DNA from: Squalus acanthias
Lineage: Eukaryota
NCBI GenBank assembly: GCA_030390025.1
Contig: CM059431.1
Span: 117,430,001-117,494,000 of the forward strand
Reading direction: 5' to 3'
Length of the DNA: 64,000 nucleotides
The notes beneath the pieces are model-generated. The model was not told the DNA's origin and searched no databases. It saw nothing but the letters and a program-made list of their open reading frames with translations. A program made the translations under genes and the position numbers. Position 1 is the stretch's first letter, and every line of letters begins with the position of its first letter. Shown piece by piece: positions 49,250 to 60,813 of the stretch.

Positions 49250-50886
49250 TGTAAGGGGGCGTGTCTCAGACGGTGCTGGTGCAAGGTTAGGCCTTCGTTG
49301 CCTATACTATGGCTTGCTCTGGTCTCCGGCCAGCCTTTTTGCAATAAGCACCTGTGAGTGGTTCGACCCACTCGCCCTTACGGTTCTAACACCTGGACTT
49401 AGATGCAGGGAGCAGTAATGCAGAAAAAAACTCAAATAGACCCGGTTGAATAGTGCGAAATGGAAATCTTTATTGCATGGCGTCTAAAATCATGAAATAC
49501 ATGTCATAGGCGCAAATCAAAGATAGTACAAGTATACATACATTCATAAAGCTTGGTCTATGGAAATGGAGAACACACGGCACATCGTAAAAAGGGGAAC
49601 ACATTATATCTTAACCTTATTAAAACCACCCTCCCTTAACAATACCTACACTACGTCTGGATTTGTAGGATCGGAAAGCATGCTCACCACTCGTGTTACT
49701 TCGGAGATTTTAAAATGAGGCACTCAGCTCGTTTCGCTGCAGCGCCTGACTGTCACGTGTTTGGAAGGGTTTTCTGCACCCCACTTGTTTACTTTCGCTG
49801 CTGCGAAAAGCAGGCCAGACTCTCTGTTGTCATGAAGAACTCGACGGAACTCGGATAAAATTCAAAGAAGAGTCTTCCTGTGTCCGGTACAGGTTGTAGT
49901 CTGTAGAACTCAAAGAAGAGTCCTGTATTTATATTTTCGGGTGCGGTCGGGGTTTACTGACCGTGGCGGCACGTGGAATTTCTTCTCGTCTTCTTCTCGT
50001 CTCGTCTCCTCGGGCCTCCGGGTCCAGACACCGTTTACCGACACTCGGGATGGTGTACCCTGTTACTTGCCCTTGTCGGGGCGGCTCGTACCGATTGAGC
50101 TCCACCCAACACTCGAATAACCGACCAGTACGGCTAAGAGTCAAGAGTCAACAAAGTCCAGAGAGAAAATCAAGAGCCCACAAGTCAAGCGAGTTCATGA
50201 AGAGGCAAGCGAATAAGAGGTCCGCAGAGAGATAAGAGACCGATGGACATTTGTTCTCTATAGTTATAGTGCCGTGTCCACTTATCTCCCGCTCAAATCT
50301 TAATGTTTGTCCTTTGTGTAATATTTGGCGCTCAAAACTCCCAGCATGGGGCGATTATCTTCTTTAACGGGTTTCGGTAGCACCTGAAACTGGCCAACTA
50401 TCCGTTAATGTTTTCCCCATTGTTGACCCAGCCAGGATGTGTATGAATCGTCTCCTCGACTGGTTTTGGGGCCCCCCGAATACCGGCTTAATCACCCGCC
50501 AATGCCTCTCTCATTGTAGAGCCGGGGGGGTATTTGTGTATTGATGTGTCTGGATGGGCCTTCGATTGCCCAGTACAATGATCCTTACTGTGCATAGGAA
50601 AATGATTCCAGCACTTATATCATTGCTATTGTTTAAAATGCAAACGGGTTGCATCCTGTCTTTATCAATGTTTACCGAGTATGATCCAATCTTATACTGA
50701 ATGTATATTCAACGCCATCTTGTCTGCCCACTGTGTTTCTGGAAGCTTCTGCCACGATGCGCAGGCGGCCATTTTACAGGCTTCTGTGTCCTTTATTAAC
50801 AGGACAGCATTTCGTTTAATAAAACTGATCAAACGAATCTGCTTCTCTTATGTTATTTTGAATCGCGATAATTGCAAAACTTTACA
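49250..50886 (-). mobile_element. Solo LTR copy 2 (1637 bp), diverged relative of copy 1
   Basis: TGTAA...TTACA termini; TSD CTGC (49246-49249, 50887-50890); - strand AATAAA at 49469-49474. Confidence 0.9.
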
Positions 50887-51376
50887 CTGCCTAACAATAC
50901 TCGCAAGTGTTAAATGTAAATGTTTAAAACTGAAATAATTGGAAGAATTTCACGCTGAGAAACTAAGGAATAATTAACAGTATATTGTATACCTCACCTT
51001 CTAGCAAGATTCGAGTGATCTCCAGATTCCCCACGGTAATGGTTTGTCTTTAATTTAGTTAAATATTGATGGTAATGCAAGTTTCAGGTAATTTAGACAA
51101 CGAAAGTCAAAAGACTAAAACAACACGTTTGAATGAATCACAGGAATACTAATTAAAATTAAAAAGCCCACCAGTGCCATTTTTAATGGTCTAAATGGTA
51201 GTGGTGATCGAAGTCGGTTTCATTCAGCAAATTTGTGATCGCTTTTGGTTTCGATAGGGGGTGAAGCTATCATCATTAACTGCTCATTGTTTTAGTGTGG
51301 TGGAGCGGTGCAAAAGTCCCAGGAATTATGGTGTGGAGTAAGCAATAGAGTAAGTTACTTTCGTCAGGATTTTCCT

Positions 51377-51690
51377 AGCTCCTCAAACTCCCTCAGCAGA
51401 GCCTCATTCCTAGTTCTACCTATGTCGTTGGTTCCTACGTGGACCATGACAACTGTATCCTCCCCCTCCCACTCCAAGTTCTTCTCCAGCCGCGAGGAGA
51501 TGTCTTTAACCCTGGCACCGGGGCAGGCAACACAACCTTCGGAACTCTCGGTTGCGGCTGCAGAGAAAAGTATCTATCCCCCTGACTATACGGCATCCTA
51601 CCACAACTACATCCCCATTCACTCCCCCCCACTTGAATGGCCTCCTGCACCACGGTGCCATGGCCAGCTTGCTCATCCATCCTGCAGGCT
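51377..51690 (-). repeat. Inverted duplicate of CR1 ORF1 segment 44871-45188
   Basis: About 10 differences in ~315 bp by eye; shares a +1 frameshift with the source; no 3' tail. Confidence 0.85.
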
Positions 51691-52656
51691 GTTCAATGGG
51701 TCCTACAACATAGATGCACCATTACAATAGCGCAAGTCGCCAGGAAATTCTGGACCTATATCTTTAGTGCACAGGCAGTGGGGTAGCCAGGAAAGTTGCT
51801 CTCACTATGGTTGTGTGTGGGAAGAACAGAGAAATTGCAAATGCGTGTGTAGGTGTTATGGCTACTTAGGTCACAAATAATGGCAATTGCAAATTCCCAT
51901 ACATGTGCCAAATGGAAAAGAAAGAGGGAATTTATATATATGTAGTGTCTTTCACATCCTCATGATGCCCCAAAGTACTTTACAACCGATGATTTAGTTT
52001 TTGATGTGTAGTAACAATTGTTTTGTAGGCAAAGGAGGTATTTTTTTCCCACTAGTTCACTAACATCATTTGAGCTCAATACTGGAGAAGGGGAGAAACA
52101 GGATATGAAATGGAGCCAAATCAATGCAATACACATTCCAAATAGGTAGAAACATGCTTTCATAGAACACACACCAGAGCTAAATCTGTGGAGTACAGGC
52201 CGCATCGTAGAAGTAAGTTTTGTAATGCCTGTCAAATAAATGGAGTGTTATATCATCCTGATGTAGATGGAGGAGAAATACATTAAACTGATTGTTACGT
52301 CTTGGCTGCGAGGGGAAAACTATGAATCTAAATGTCTTTGAATATCACCGACAGAATCAATTGAGTGAAGTGAGTCTGCATTTTTCAAGATGAGAGACAA
52401 GAAAGCAGCAATTAGAACTCCCGTTCTTTCATTCAAATTTAATAGTTATTATCCAGCTCATCATATATAAATCCAGTGCTTAACTGGAATTGGCAAAAAG
52501 CTTGTTTTTCAACTCTCTTCTAATGGGTGTAAAGATATGCTCTGCTACCAGAGTAGAAATATTGCATTGACGGAGGAGAATTATGGAATAAAATTTCAGA
52601 GAACTTTACATGCGGAACTTAAAGCTGCATTCTGGAAAACACTTTATGGCACTGAT

Positions 52657-53880
52657 GGGTAGATTTTTCAATTGTTAACACCTGAATTTCAAGCATAAAG
52701 TGAGCATCTTGATTGAAAATTGTTGTCGAGATCAGTCACAATGGTTCTCTCCCCATTTTGAACAATATGCACATTTCTGGTTTCAGGCAGAAACCTCTTG
52801 CCTGAAACAGATAGCAGCTTCATTGCAATATTTAAATTAAGTTGCAATAATATTTGGATGTGCATTCAGCTTTCCAATGTCTGTGCGTGCATTATATGAG
52901 TAATCTACCTTCCCATATAAATTGGGTGTCCAGGACAGCTTCGTATTGAAATGTATATGCAAAACACACTTAAAGAGCCCAGTTACATTTTCAGATCGTT
53001 AGTGCGCCTTTTGCTTTGCTGCTGTGACTTTGCTTTTGAGAACATTTAGTGGCAATTATTGTGCTGCCTTCTCCCCACAGCCCATCCGCTCCAATAGCAC
53101 CAGAATGGGTTCTCCCATGAGAATCTCGCTGCTTTCTGAAGAAATAGGGCTGGGGGCGGAGGTGGGGGGAGGTCAACAGATTTATGCCAGGCAGGTTAGG
53201 CAGCAGCAGAGATGAAGCCATCCATTGCTACCGCCACACCAGAATCTATAGGCAGAGATGCACAGACCTCCTTTGTCAGTGGAACAAGTCCAGAGAAAAG
53301 CAGTTTACAAGGGACACTGTGTTACAATCATTCCCATGCGCCAAGCTGACCTACAGACAAACTCTTTCACAGGCATGGCACTTCCCAGACAGCTATTATG
53401 ATGCCTTCATTTTAAGGCAGTCTACCATTCCACTAATACTTGTCCCATGAAGGCCAATCTCCTTGTAACTCCTGGGTGAGCAAGACTATTCTTTGGAGCC
53501 ATAACTCATGATATTGATGCAGCATTCCACAACCCAAACTGATTACAGGTATAATTAGGTACTAGAATCCACCAAAGTGATCATCAAGCACACCACTGAC
53601 ATGTTGAAGCACTGCTTCAGGTGCCAGGATAGGTGCATTGCAGCCTATCTATGGTTTCAAGGATTGCTGTTTACGCTGCACTCTGCACAGCTTTGCCCTG
53701 CAAAGAGGAAGAAGCTTGCAGGCCCTGAAGGAGGAAAGCCAAAGGCACAATAAGGGGAGCACAAAGAGCAGCGGGAAGATTCTTAAGCAGCAGCAGCAGA
53801 GCAGAACCCGATGTTGGCTACGAGATCCGTTCAGCAACTCTAATAAAGTTATCACAGAAGCACTGTCCTTGCGCAAAGGG
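52657..53880 (+). pseudogene. Old Harbinger transposase remnant
   Basis: HFPDSYYDAFILRQSTIP and KVIIKHTTDMLKHCFRC motifs at ~53380-53640; TIR-like GGGTAGATTTT start. Confidence 0.6.
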
Positions 53881-54366
53881 TAAATAGGGCAGTGGGGAAA
53901 GATTTAAACTAGACAAGGTGGTGGGAGGGGAAAGTCCACACAGTCAAAAAGTGTGAGCAAAAGAGCAGCAGGACATGTGGGCAGGGTGGGGATAGTTACT
54001 CAGATAAGAGTTCATTACATTACATAGGATATGCAGCACAGAAACAGGCCATTTGGCCCAACCAGGCCATACCGGCATTTATGCCCCACTCGAGCCTCCT
54101 CCTATCTTTCCTCATCTAACATGAATGAATAAAGCATAAAGTAAGAAATAAAGTAAGTGAGTTAGAAACGCACATTTAGCTTATAGGGTATGATGTAGTA
54201 GCCATTGCAGAGACCTGGCAAAAAGCTAATTGGGAGCTAAATATTTCAGGATATAGAATCTTTAGGATGGGCAGGGAAATTGGGAATAGCAATATTCATA
54301 AAATACACAACTACAGCAGTAGAAAGAAGGGATTTCAGTAAGGGTGATCAGGCAGTGGAAACACAA

Positions 54367-55246
54367 GGGCCGCGATCTTACCTGAAGAGGCGAGTTGGGA
54401 GCGGGTCAGCTGACTTGCGGGTTCCTATCCCGCCCCCAACGACGCCCGACGCACAGACGCTATTTTGCGTCAATTGGCCTTGTTAAGCCCGCCCTGCGGG
54501 CTTACCGGTCAATTAAGAGAAAGTCGGTGTCAGATGACGTCAGTTGATGACACGTCATCTGCCGGTTTTCTTAAAGGGGACACACTCATTTTTGTTTGAC
54601 AGATGATTTTTCAGTGTTTGAGAGCATTGAGGTGCTGCAAACACTGACAATCACTGTACAAAGGTGTGCCCTTGTACCCAGACTCTCCAGAGACTCTCTC
54701 CTTAGGATAAAACAGATGGCAGCTGCAGGTGAGGTTACAGAAGCGATCTGTCACTGGTGAGAGAGGTTCTCCCAATGAGGTGGGACTACACAAACACTTC
54801 AAACCTTATTACCTACAGAAAAGTCTAAATACATTAAAAATGATTTTCCCAGCATTTCATTACCATTGAAACTCACCAGTGTACCATTGGATCCTTCACA
54901 CCACTTCTGCAGCTGTCATCAATGAAGAAACATTACCGTAGACTCACACAACACTCCACACTTACCCTGGCGTGGTGTCCAGGTGTCGGGAAGCCCGCAG
55001 TTGACCTGGCAAAATTGGAAAAAGCCTCTTGACTACCTGTTAACTACCTGTTAACATGCAGTTAAGTGGCTATAATCCTCTTCCCGCTGCTAGGAGTTGG
55101 GTCCCTGCACAAACCGGGGACAGACTCCCGGGAAGATTGATTGGAGGCGGGTTGGAAGCGGGTTCGGGACCCGCTGCCAATCTTTTTGATTTTGCCAACA
55201 GTCCCGCCTCCAAACCCGACCCCTGAGCGCCGGCAAAATCGCCCCC
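54367..55246 (+). mobile_element. Another member of the 41526-42387 Harbinger family, inside an old CR1 endonuclease fragment (~54120-55470)
   Basis: Ends GGGCCGCGATCTT / CAAAATCGCCCCC; shared internal blocks. Confidence 0.8.
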
Positions 55247-56259
55247 TATGTGTAATGTTAAGGAACAGCAAAGGATAGTATTCTGGTAGGAGTTGTCTGT
55301 AGACCTCTTGATATTAGTGATGTAGTGGGGGCTGTGTAAATATGGAGATCAGGGAAGTATGTAGTAAAACAATGTGGTTATAATGGGAGATTTTAATTTT
55401 CACATAGACTGAGAGAAGAAGAACAGTTCAAGTAATAAAGGCAATTCATTTCTTGACTGTTTTATAGAACAATGGCCCTGAATTCGTGTTCGGCAGCATA
55501 GCTAAGAGTACGCCGCCGACATCCAAACCCCGCTTCGAAAAGCTGCTCTCAAACACTGCAGAGTTGTGTGCAGCGTAGTGGCCCACGGATGCACCGTTAT
55601 GCATATGCGAACCTGGGAACACATGGGATGGTGCTCCTTTCACTTCTGACTCTTAACCAATCAGGAAACAGAGGAGATTGCTAAACTCGGATTGTAAACA
55701 TATGTCAATAGAAGACAGCAATCTTCTACTGGCATATATTTACAATCTACATAACATTTACTAGCCACTCTTAATTGGAAATGTTGGTTGAAGGGATTTA
55801 AAAACATATGTATATATATTTTAGTTATGCCAGATATACATTTGATCAAACATCTTTCATAGCTATGTGTAAATAAAAATACTGCATTTGTTAGATATAC
55901 GGTTCTTACCTACTCCGTATTAGAATAGATGTCCATTATTTGAAATATGCCCATAAAGTAGCAAACCCCAGTACAAAATGTTGCTATAAATCAGTAGTTT
56001 CTTTATTGTAATATGTTGAAAAATAATCGCCATACAAAAACTTTACTCTTAAACCAATATATCCAATCTATAGAGTGCCTCATGCTGGTGTTTACTGTGC
56101 TTAATTTCTGGGTTCAAAAACTCATTGGGAAGGGTTACATGAAAAGAGCTTTGTGTCTGGCCAGTAAATTATTAATCAGAAAATACTGGAAACACTCAAC
56201 GGGTCAGTCAGCAGCCGAAATGGATATGTAGATGTTGAGTAAGGACAAGATCCTGTAAC

Positions 56260-59200
56260 GCCCATCGAGTATGTGCCAGATCTTAAGTAGAGCAATTCAG
56301 TTAGTCCCACTCCCTGGCTCTTTCCCCGTACCCCTGCAATTTTTTCACCTTCAAGTATTTATCCAATTCCCTTTTGAAGACTACAATTGAATCCGTATCC
56401 ACCACCCTATCAGGCAGTGTATTCCAAATCCTAACCACTTTCCTCATGTTGCCTCTGGTTCTTTTGCCAATCAGCTTAAATCTGTGCCCTCTGGTTATCG
56501 ACCCTTCAGCCATTGGAAACAGTTTCTCTTTATTTACTCAATCTAAACCCTTCATGATTTTAAACACCTCTATTAAATCTCCTGAAGTATTGTCAGTTGT
56601 GGTATGAAACCTGTAACATGTTGACACGGAATAGCAGTTAGAACCATCTCCAGGTCTCTTCCCCTCCTCTCCTGACATCACCAACTCATGCTGGCCTTTT
56701 GTTCCATGCAGGAGGGACATCCTTCTTGAGCCTTAACCAAATGACCAGTCTTCATATATAAACGTGGGTAGGGAATATCAGCAGAGGCTTTCATTTTTCA
56801 AATATTTAACCATTTTAATACAGAGGATAAGAAGAATTTGGGGCAGTTTAGTATTCCCTGGGGTCATTTGAACCAGTTTTGAGGTCTCCTTCCCTAAAAG
56901 TATTTGCTGGCCTATTAAAGATAGTTAAATGAATAATGTATTGTGAAGAGCAATGAGATGGGTTTATTGGGTTTGCAGAGCCTGTGAAACCTTTTTACTT
57001 GGTGGCAGTATCTGAAAGACTAATGTTGATTAAATATTAATCTGCATTTCATAGTAGTCACATTGAATGGCCATTTTTGAAGTACTTAGTCACAGAGCTT
57101 TATAAAAAGAATTGAGCTCCGCCAACAACTATCAAACTATTTTTTTTGTGTCAGCAGTTGGAAAAGCTCCGACTTCTTAATGAAAATCTTTGTTTCAAGG
57201 TGCTTTTAACTATAGGCGTCGAGGGAGAGTGACACCAAGGTGAGACGTATGCTTCTGATCTGTTCCTCTGCTTTCCGTGTAGGCCCGTGAGAGAGAGGTT
57301 CAGGAAATGAGCCTGGGAGCCTTCAAGACAGGAGGCAAGAAAGCAGGTGGGAGGGCGGAAGGGGGAGGTGGGGGATCCTGTAAGAAAATAAGAATAGGAG
57401 TAGGAGTAGTTCATTCGGCTCTTCTGGCCTGCTCCGCCATTCAGTCAGATCATGGCTGATCTTCTACCTCAACTCACAGAGGTCAATAAAGCAGGGGGCA
57501 TAGATTTAAAGTCATTAGTAGAAGGATTAGAGGGGAGTTGAGGGGAATTTTTTTCACCCAGAGTGTGGTGGGGGTCTGGAATTCATTGCCAGAAGGGGTG
57601 GTGGAGGCAGAAACCCTCATCACATGTAAAAAGTACTTGGATATGCGCTCGAAGTGCCGTAATCTACAAGGCTACGGACCAAGATCTGGAAATAGAGATT
57701 AGACTGGATAGCTTTATCTCGACCGCCACAGACACGATGGGCCGAATGGCCTCCTTCTGTGCCATAAATTTTATGATTCCATGAACTAATACAATTTTCT
57801 CATCCCCCCTCCCCTTGCGCTGTGCAACAGGCTCCTGCACCTGTTTGCACCAGACTTAATAATTTACTGGGTAATTAATGCCTAGTAGGTGGGCAATTAG
57901 CCCAACTTTTCACCAGCACATTGATTATTTATTGATTGTGTATGTAAGTAACCATGGTTGACAAATGAGGCAAATGTCTGTATCAAGCTGAAAGAAAAGA
58001 CTTGTACAAATGCAAGCAATAGTGGCAATCTAGCAATTGGGAGAGTTATAAAATGCAACAATAGAATACAAAGAAAGTAATAAGCGGTGCAAAAAGAGTA
58101 TATGAAAAAGAACCTGCAAAGGATATCAAAGCTAACAGAAAATATTTTTATAAATATATTGAGAGAAAGAATGGTAAATGGGAACATGAGCTCATTAAAG
58201 ACAGATGCAGGCAAGACTATAATGGATGATAAGGAAATGGTAGACTTATTTAAGAAGGGAGGGAGGGAGAAACTAAGCAAATATTGAACTGTCAGTTTAA
58301 CAGCACTTATGGGGAAGTTACTGGAATCTATCATTCCAAGTAGAACATCAAGTATGAACTGATCAAAGAGAGTCAGCGTGGATGTCTAAGGAGTAGGTCA
58401 CGTCTGGTGAAAGTTTTAATGTTGATTAGCATGCACATAATCTGTGCTGTTTGCACCTACCATTATGCCACTACACACACCTACACACCTTGGCACACCT
58501 ATCTACTTATCACAGAGCACAAGTGCCTCTGCAGGTGCCAGGTCAGCAGGGTCAGTCAGTTGCAGAGTTTTGTCATTTGCTGCAAGCAAATCTACAAACA
58601 CCGTGCAACATAGGCACAGCACCGCCAGTGGCCACGAAGGTAATTTCTGTTTATGCCTCACACTTACAACAAGTGTGCTGCACTGTGCTGGGAAAGTACT
58701 CTGGAGTGCCGAAGAGGGCAACTCTTCTTGTAAACATAGAAGATAGGAGCAGGAGTAGGCCATTCGGCCCCTCGAGCCTGCTCCGCCATTCGATGAGATC
58801 ATGGCTGATCATCCAAACTCAGTACCCTGTACCTGCCTTCTCCCCATATCCCTTGATACCTTTAGCTTTAAGAAATATATCTAACTCATTCTTGAATATA
58901 TTTAATGAATTGGCCTCAACTACCTTCTGTGGTAGAGAATTCCACAGGTTCACCACTCTCTGGGTGAAGAAATTCTTCCTCATTTCTGTCCTAAATGGCT
59001 TACCCGTTATCCTTAGATGATGACCCCTGGTTCTGGACTCTCCGACCATCAGGAACATTCTTCCTGCATCTAGTTTGTCCAGACCTGTCAGAATTTTATA
59101 TGTTTCGATGAGATCCCCTCTCATTCTTCTATACTCCAGCGAGTATAAGCCCAATCGACCCAATCTCTCCTCATATGTCATTCCTGCCACTTCATGCAGC

Positions 59201-60297
59201 AATTAAATGGGAATCAGGGGATTCACTGCCTGACACTTTTCCCCCTTCCCCACCATCCCTTTTAACCATTGATAAAAGATTGCTAAAGATTTTTAACCTT
59301 TCTAAAGGATGTAATGATTTTGCTCCCTATGTGGTCAGTTACTGTTAAGTGGTTACATCCCTTTAAATTTTACCAACACTACAATCTTCAGGTCCCGTAC
59401 CACAAGGACAAATCTGCAGTGGAACAATGAATCATCATAGAATCATAGAAATTTACGGCACAGAAGGAGGCCATTCAGCCCATCATGCCCATGCCGGCCG
59501 ACAAAGAGCTATCCACCCTAATCCCACTTTCCAGCTCGTGGTCCGTAGCCCTGTAGGTTACGGCACTTCAAGTGCGTATCCAAGTACTTTTTAAATGTGA
59601 TGAGGGTTTCTGCCTCTACCACCCTTTCGGGCAGTGAGTTCCAGACCCCCACAGCCCTCTCGGTGAAGAAAGTGCTCCTCAACTCCCCTCTAATCCAGCA
59701 ACAAAAATAGCCGCCCAGCACCTCCCCTTTAACTTGCGCCGCCACGGCCGCAGGTAGGCCCCCTTGACGCTGTCGAACATAGCGTTCAGCGGTAAGTCAG
59801 GGGGCGCTACTGAAGATCGCGGCCGAGGCGCGAGTGGGACGCTGCGCACGGCGATGACGTCATCGCTGGAGGTGCAGCGCCACGGGGTGCTAACGGTTAC
59901 CGCCATGGGAGGTGTTAGCGGTACTGCGCCCGGGCGCTAGCTGCTTTGCGCCCCGTTAATGCCCTCTTAGAGCGCTAACGGAAGATGCAAATCAACCAAA
60001 TTTTTTCCCCTAGGACTCTAAAACATTAGAGCCAAACCTTTAAGGAGTGAAAGTAGGAAACACTTCTACACACAAAGGGTAGTAAAAGTGTGGAACTCTC
60101 TTCCGCAAACAGCAATTGATGATAGATCAATTGTTAATTTTAAATCAGAGATTGATAGATTTTTGTTAACTAAGGTTTTAAGGGATATGAGGCAAAGGCG
60201 GGTATATGGAGTTAGGTCGCCGATCAACCATGATCTCATTGAATGGCGGAACAGGCTCGAGCGGCTGAATGGCCGACTCCTGTTCCTATGCTCCTGT
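56260..60297. mobile_element. Cluster of short CR1 fragments (56260-56580 -, 57380-57475 -, 57490-57785 +, 57950-58405 +, 58732-59190 -, 59430-59697 -, 60011-60297 +) and a Harbinger half copy (59697-60010)
   Basis: Repeated TRGH...FFTQRVV..WNSLP motifs and CR1 3' UTR tails; 59697-60010 is reverse-complement homologous to 4252-4590. Confidence 0.8.
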
Positions 60298-60813
60298 GAA
60301 TGTACATTCTGAAGGGAAATGTGGAGTGGGGTGGTAATTATTGATCCTCTGGCAGAATCCAAGAGGAGAGTGATAGGTTGGGTGAGCAGGACAGAAAGGA
60401 GGTTAGTTCCCAGAAAGCAGGCTGGGTGGAAAGATTGGCAAGGGAGAAGGATGGGGCAGTTGGGATTGCTACTCAAGGAGGCAGTAATGGGTGTCTTGAT
60501 GATCTCTTCCAAAAATGAGAAGACAAGCATAGAGGGCAGGTGTGGACTTATTCAAGGGAGATTCAAGCCTGGGACAGTGGCAGGAGAGTTGGAAGGAACA
60601 GGAGTAGTGATAAGCTGGGGTAGGAATGGGGAGGCTGGGGGTGAAAAGTACCCAAGAGGGGAGAAATGAAAGGTGGCATGATGGGCTGACTATGAAGGAA
60701 ACAGGAGAGGAGTGCTCATGAGAAAATAAAGGAGATAGAATCAGGGATAGCATTAAGGCCGTGCGTGAAAGCCTTTGCAATTACATAGTCAGGGGCTCCA
60801 AGCAGACTCAGCC

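Noticed and set aside
11252..50886. LTR copies 1 and 2 as the two ends of one 39-kb provirus
   Set aside because: Each has its own TSD (TAGA vs CTGC), they are visibly diverged, and no gag/pol/env lies between them.
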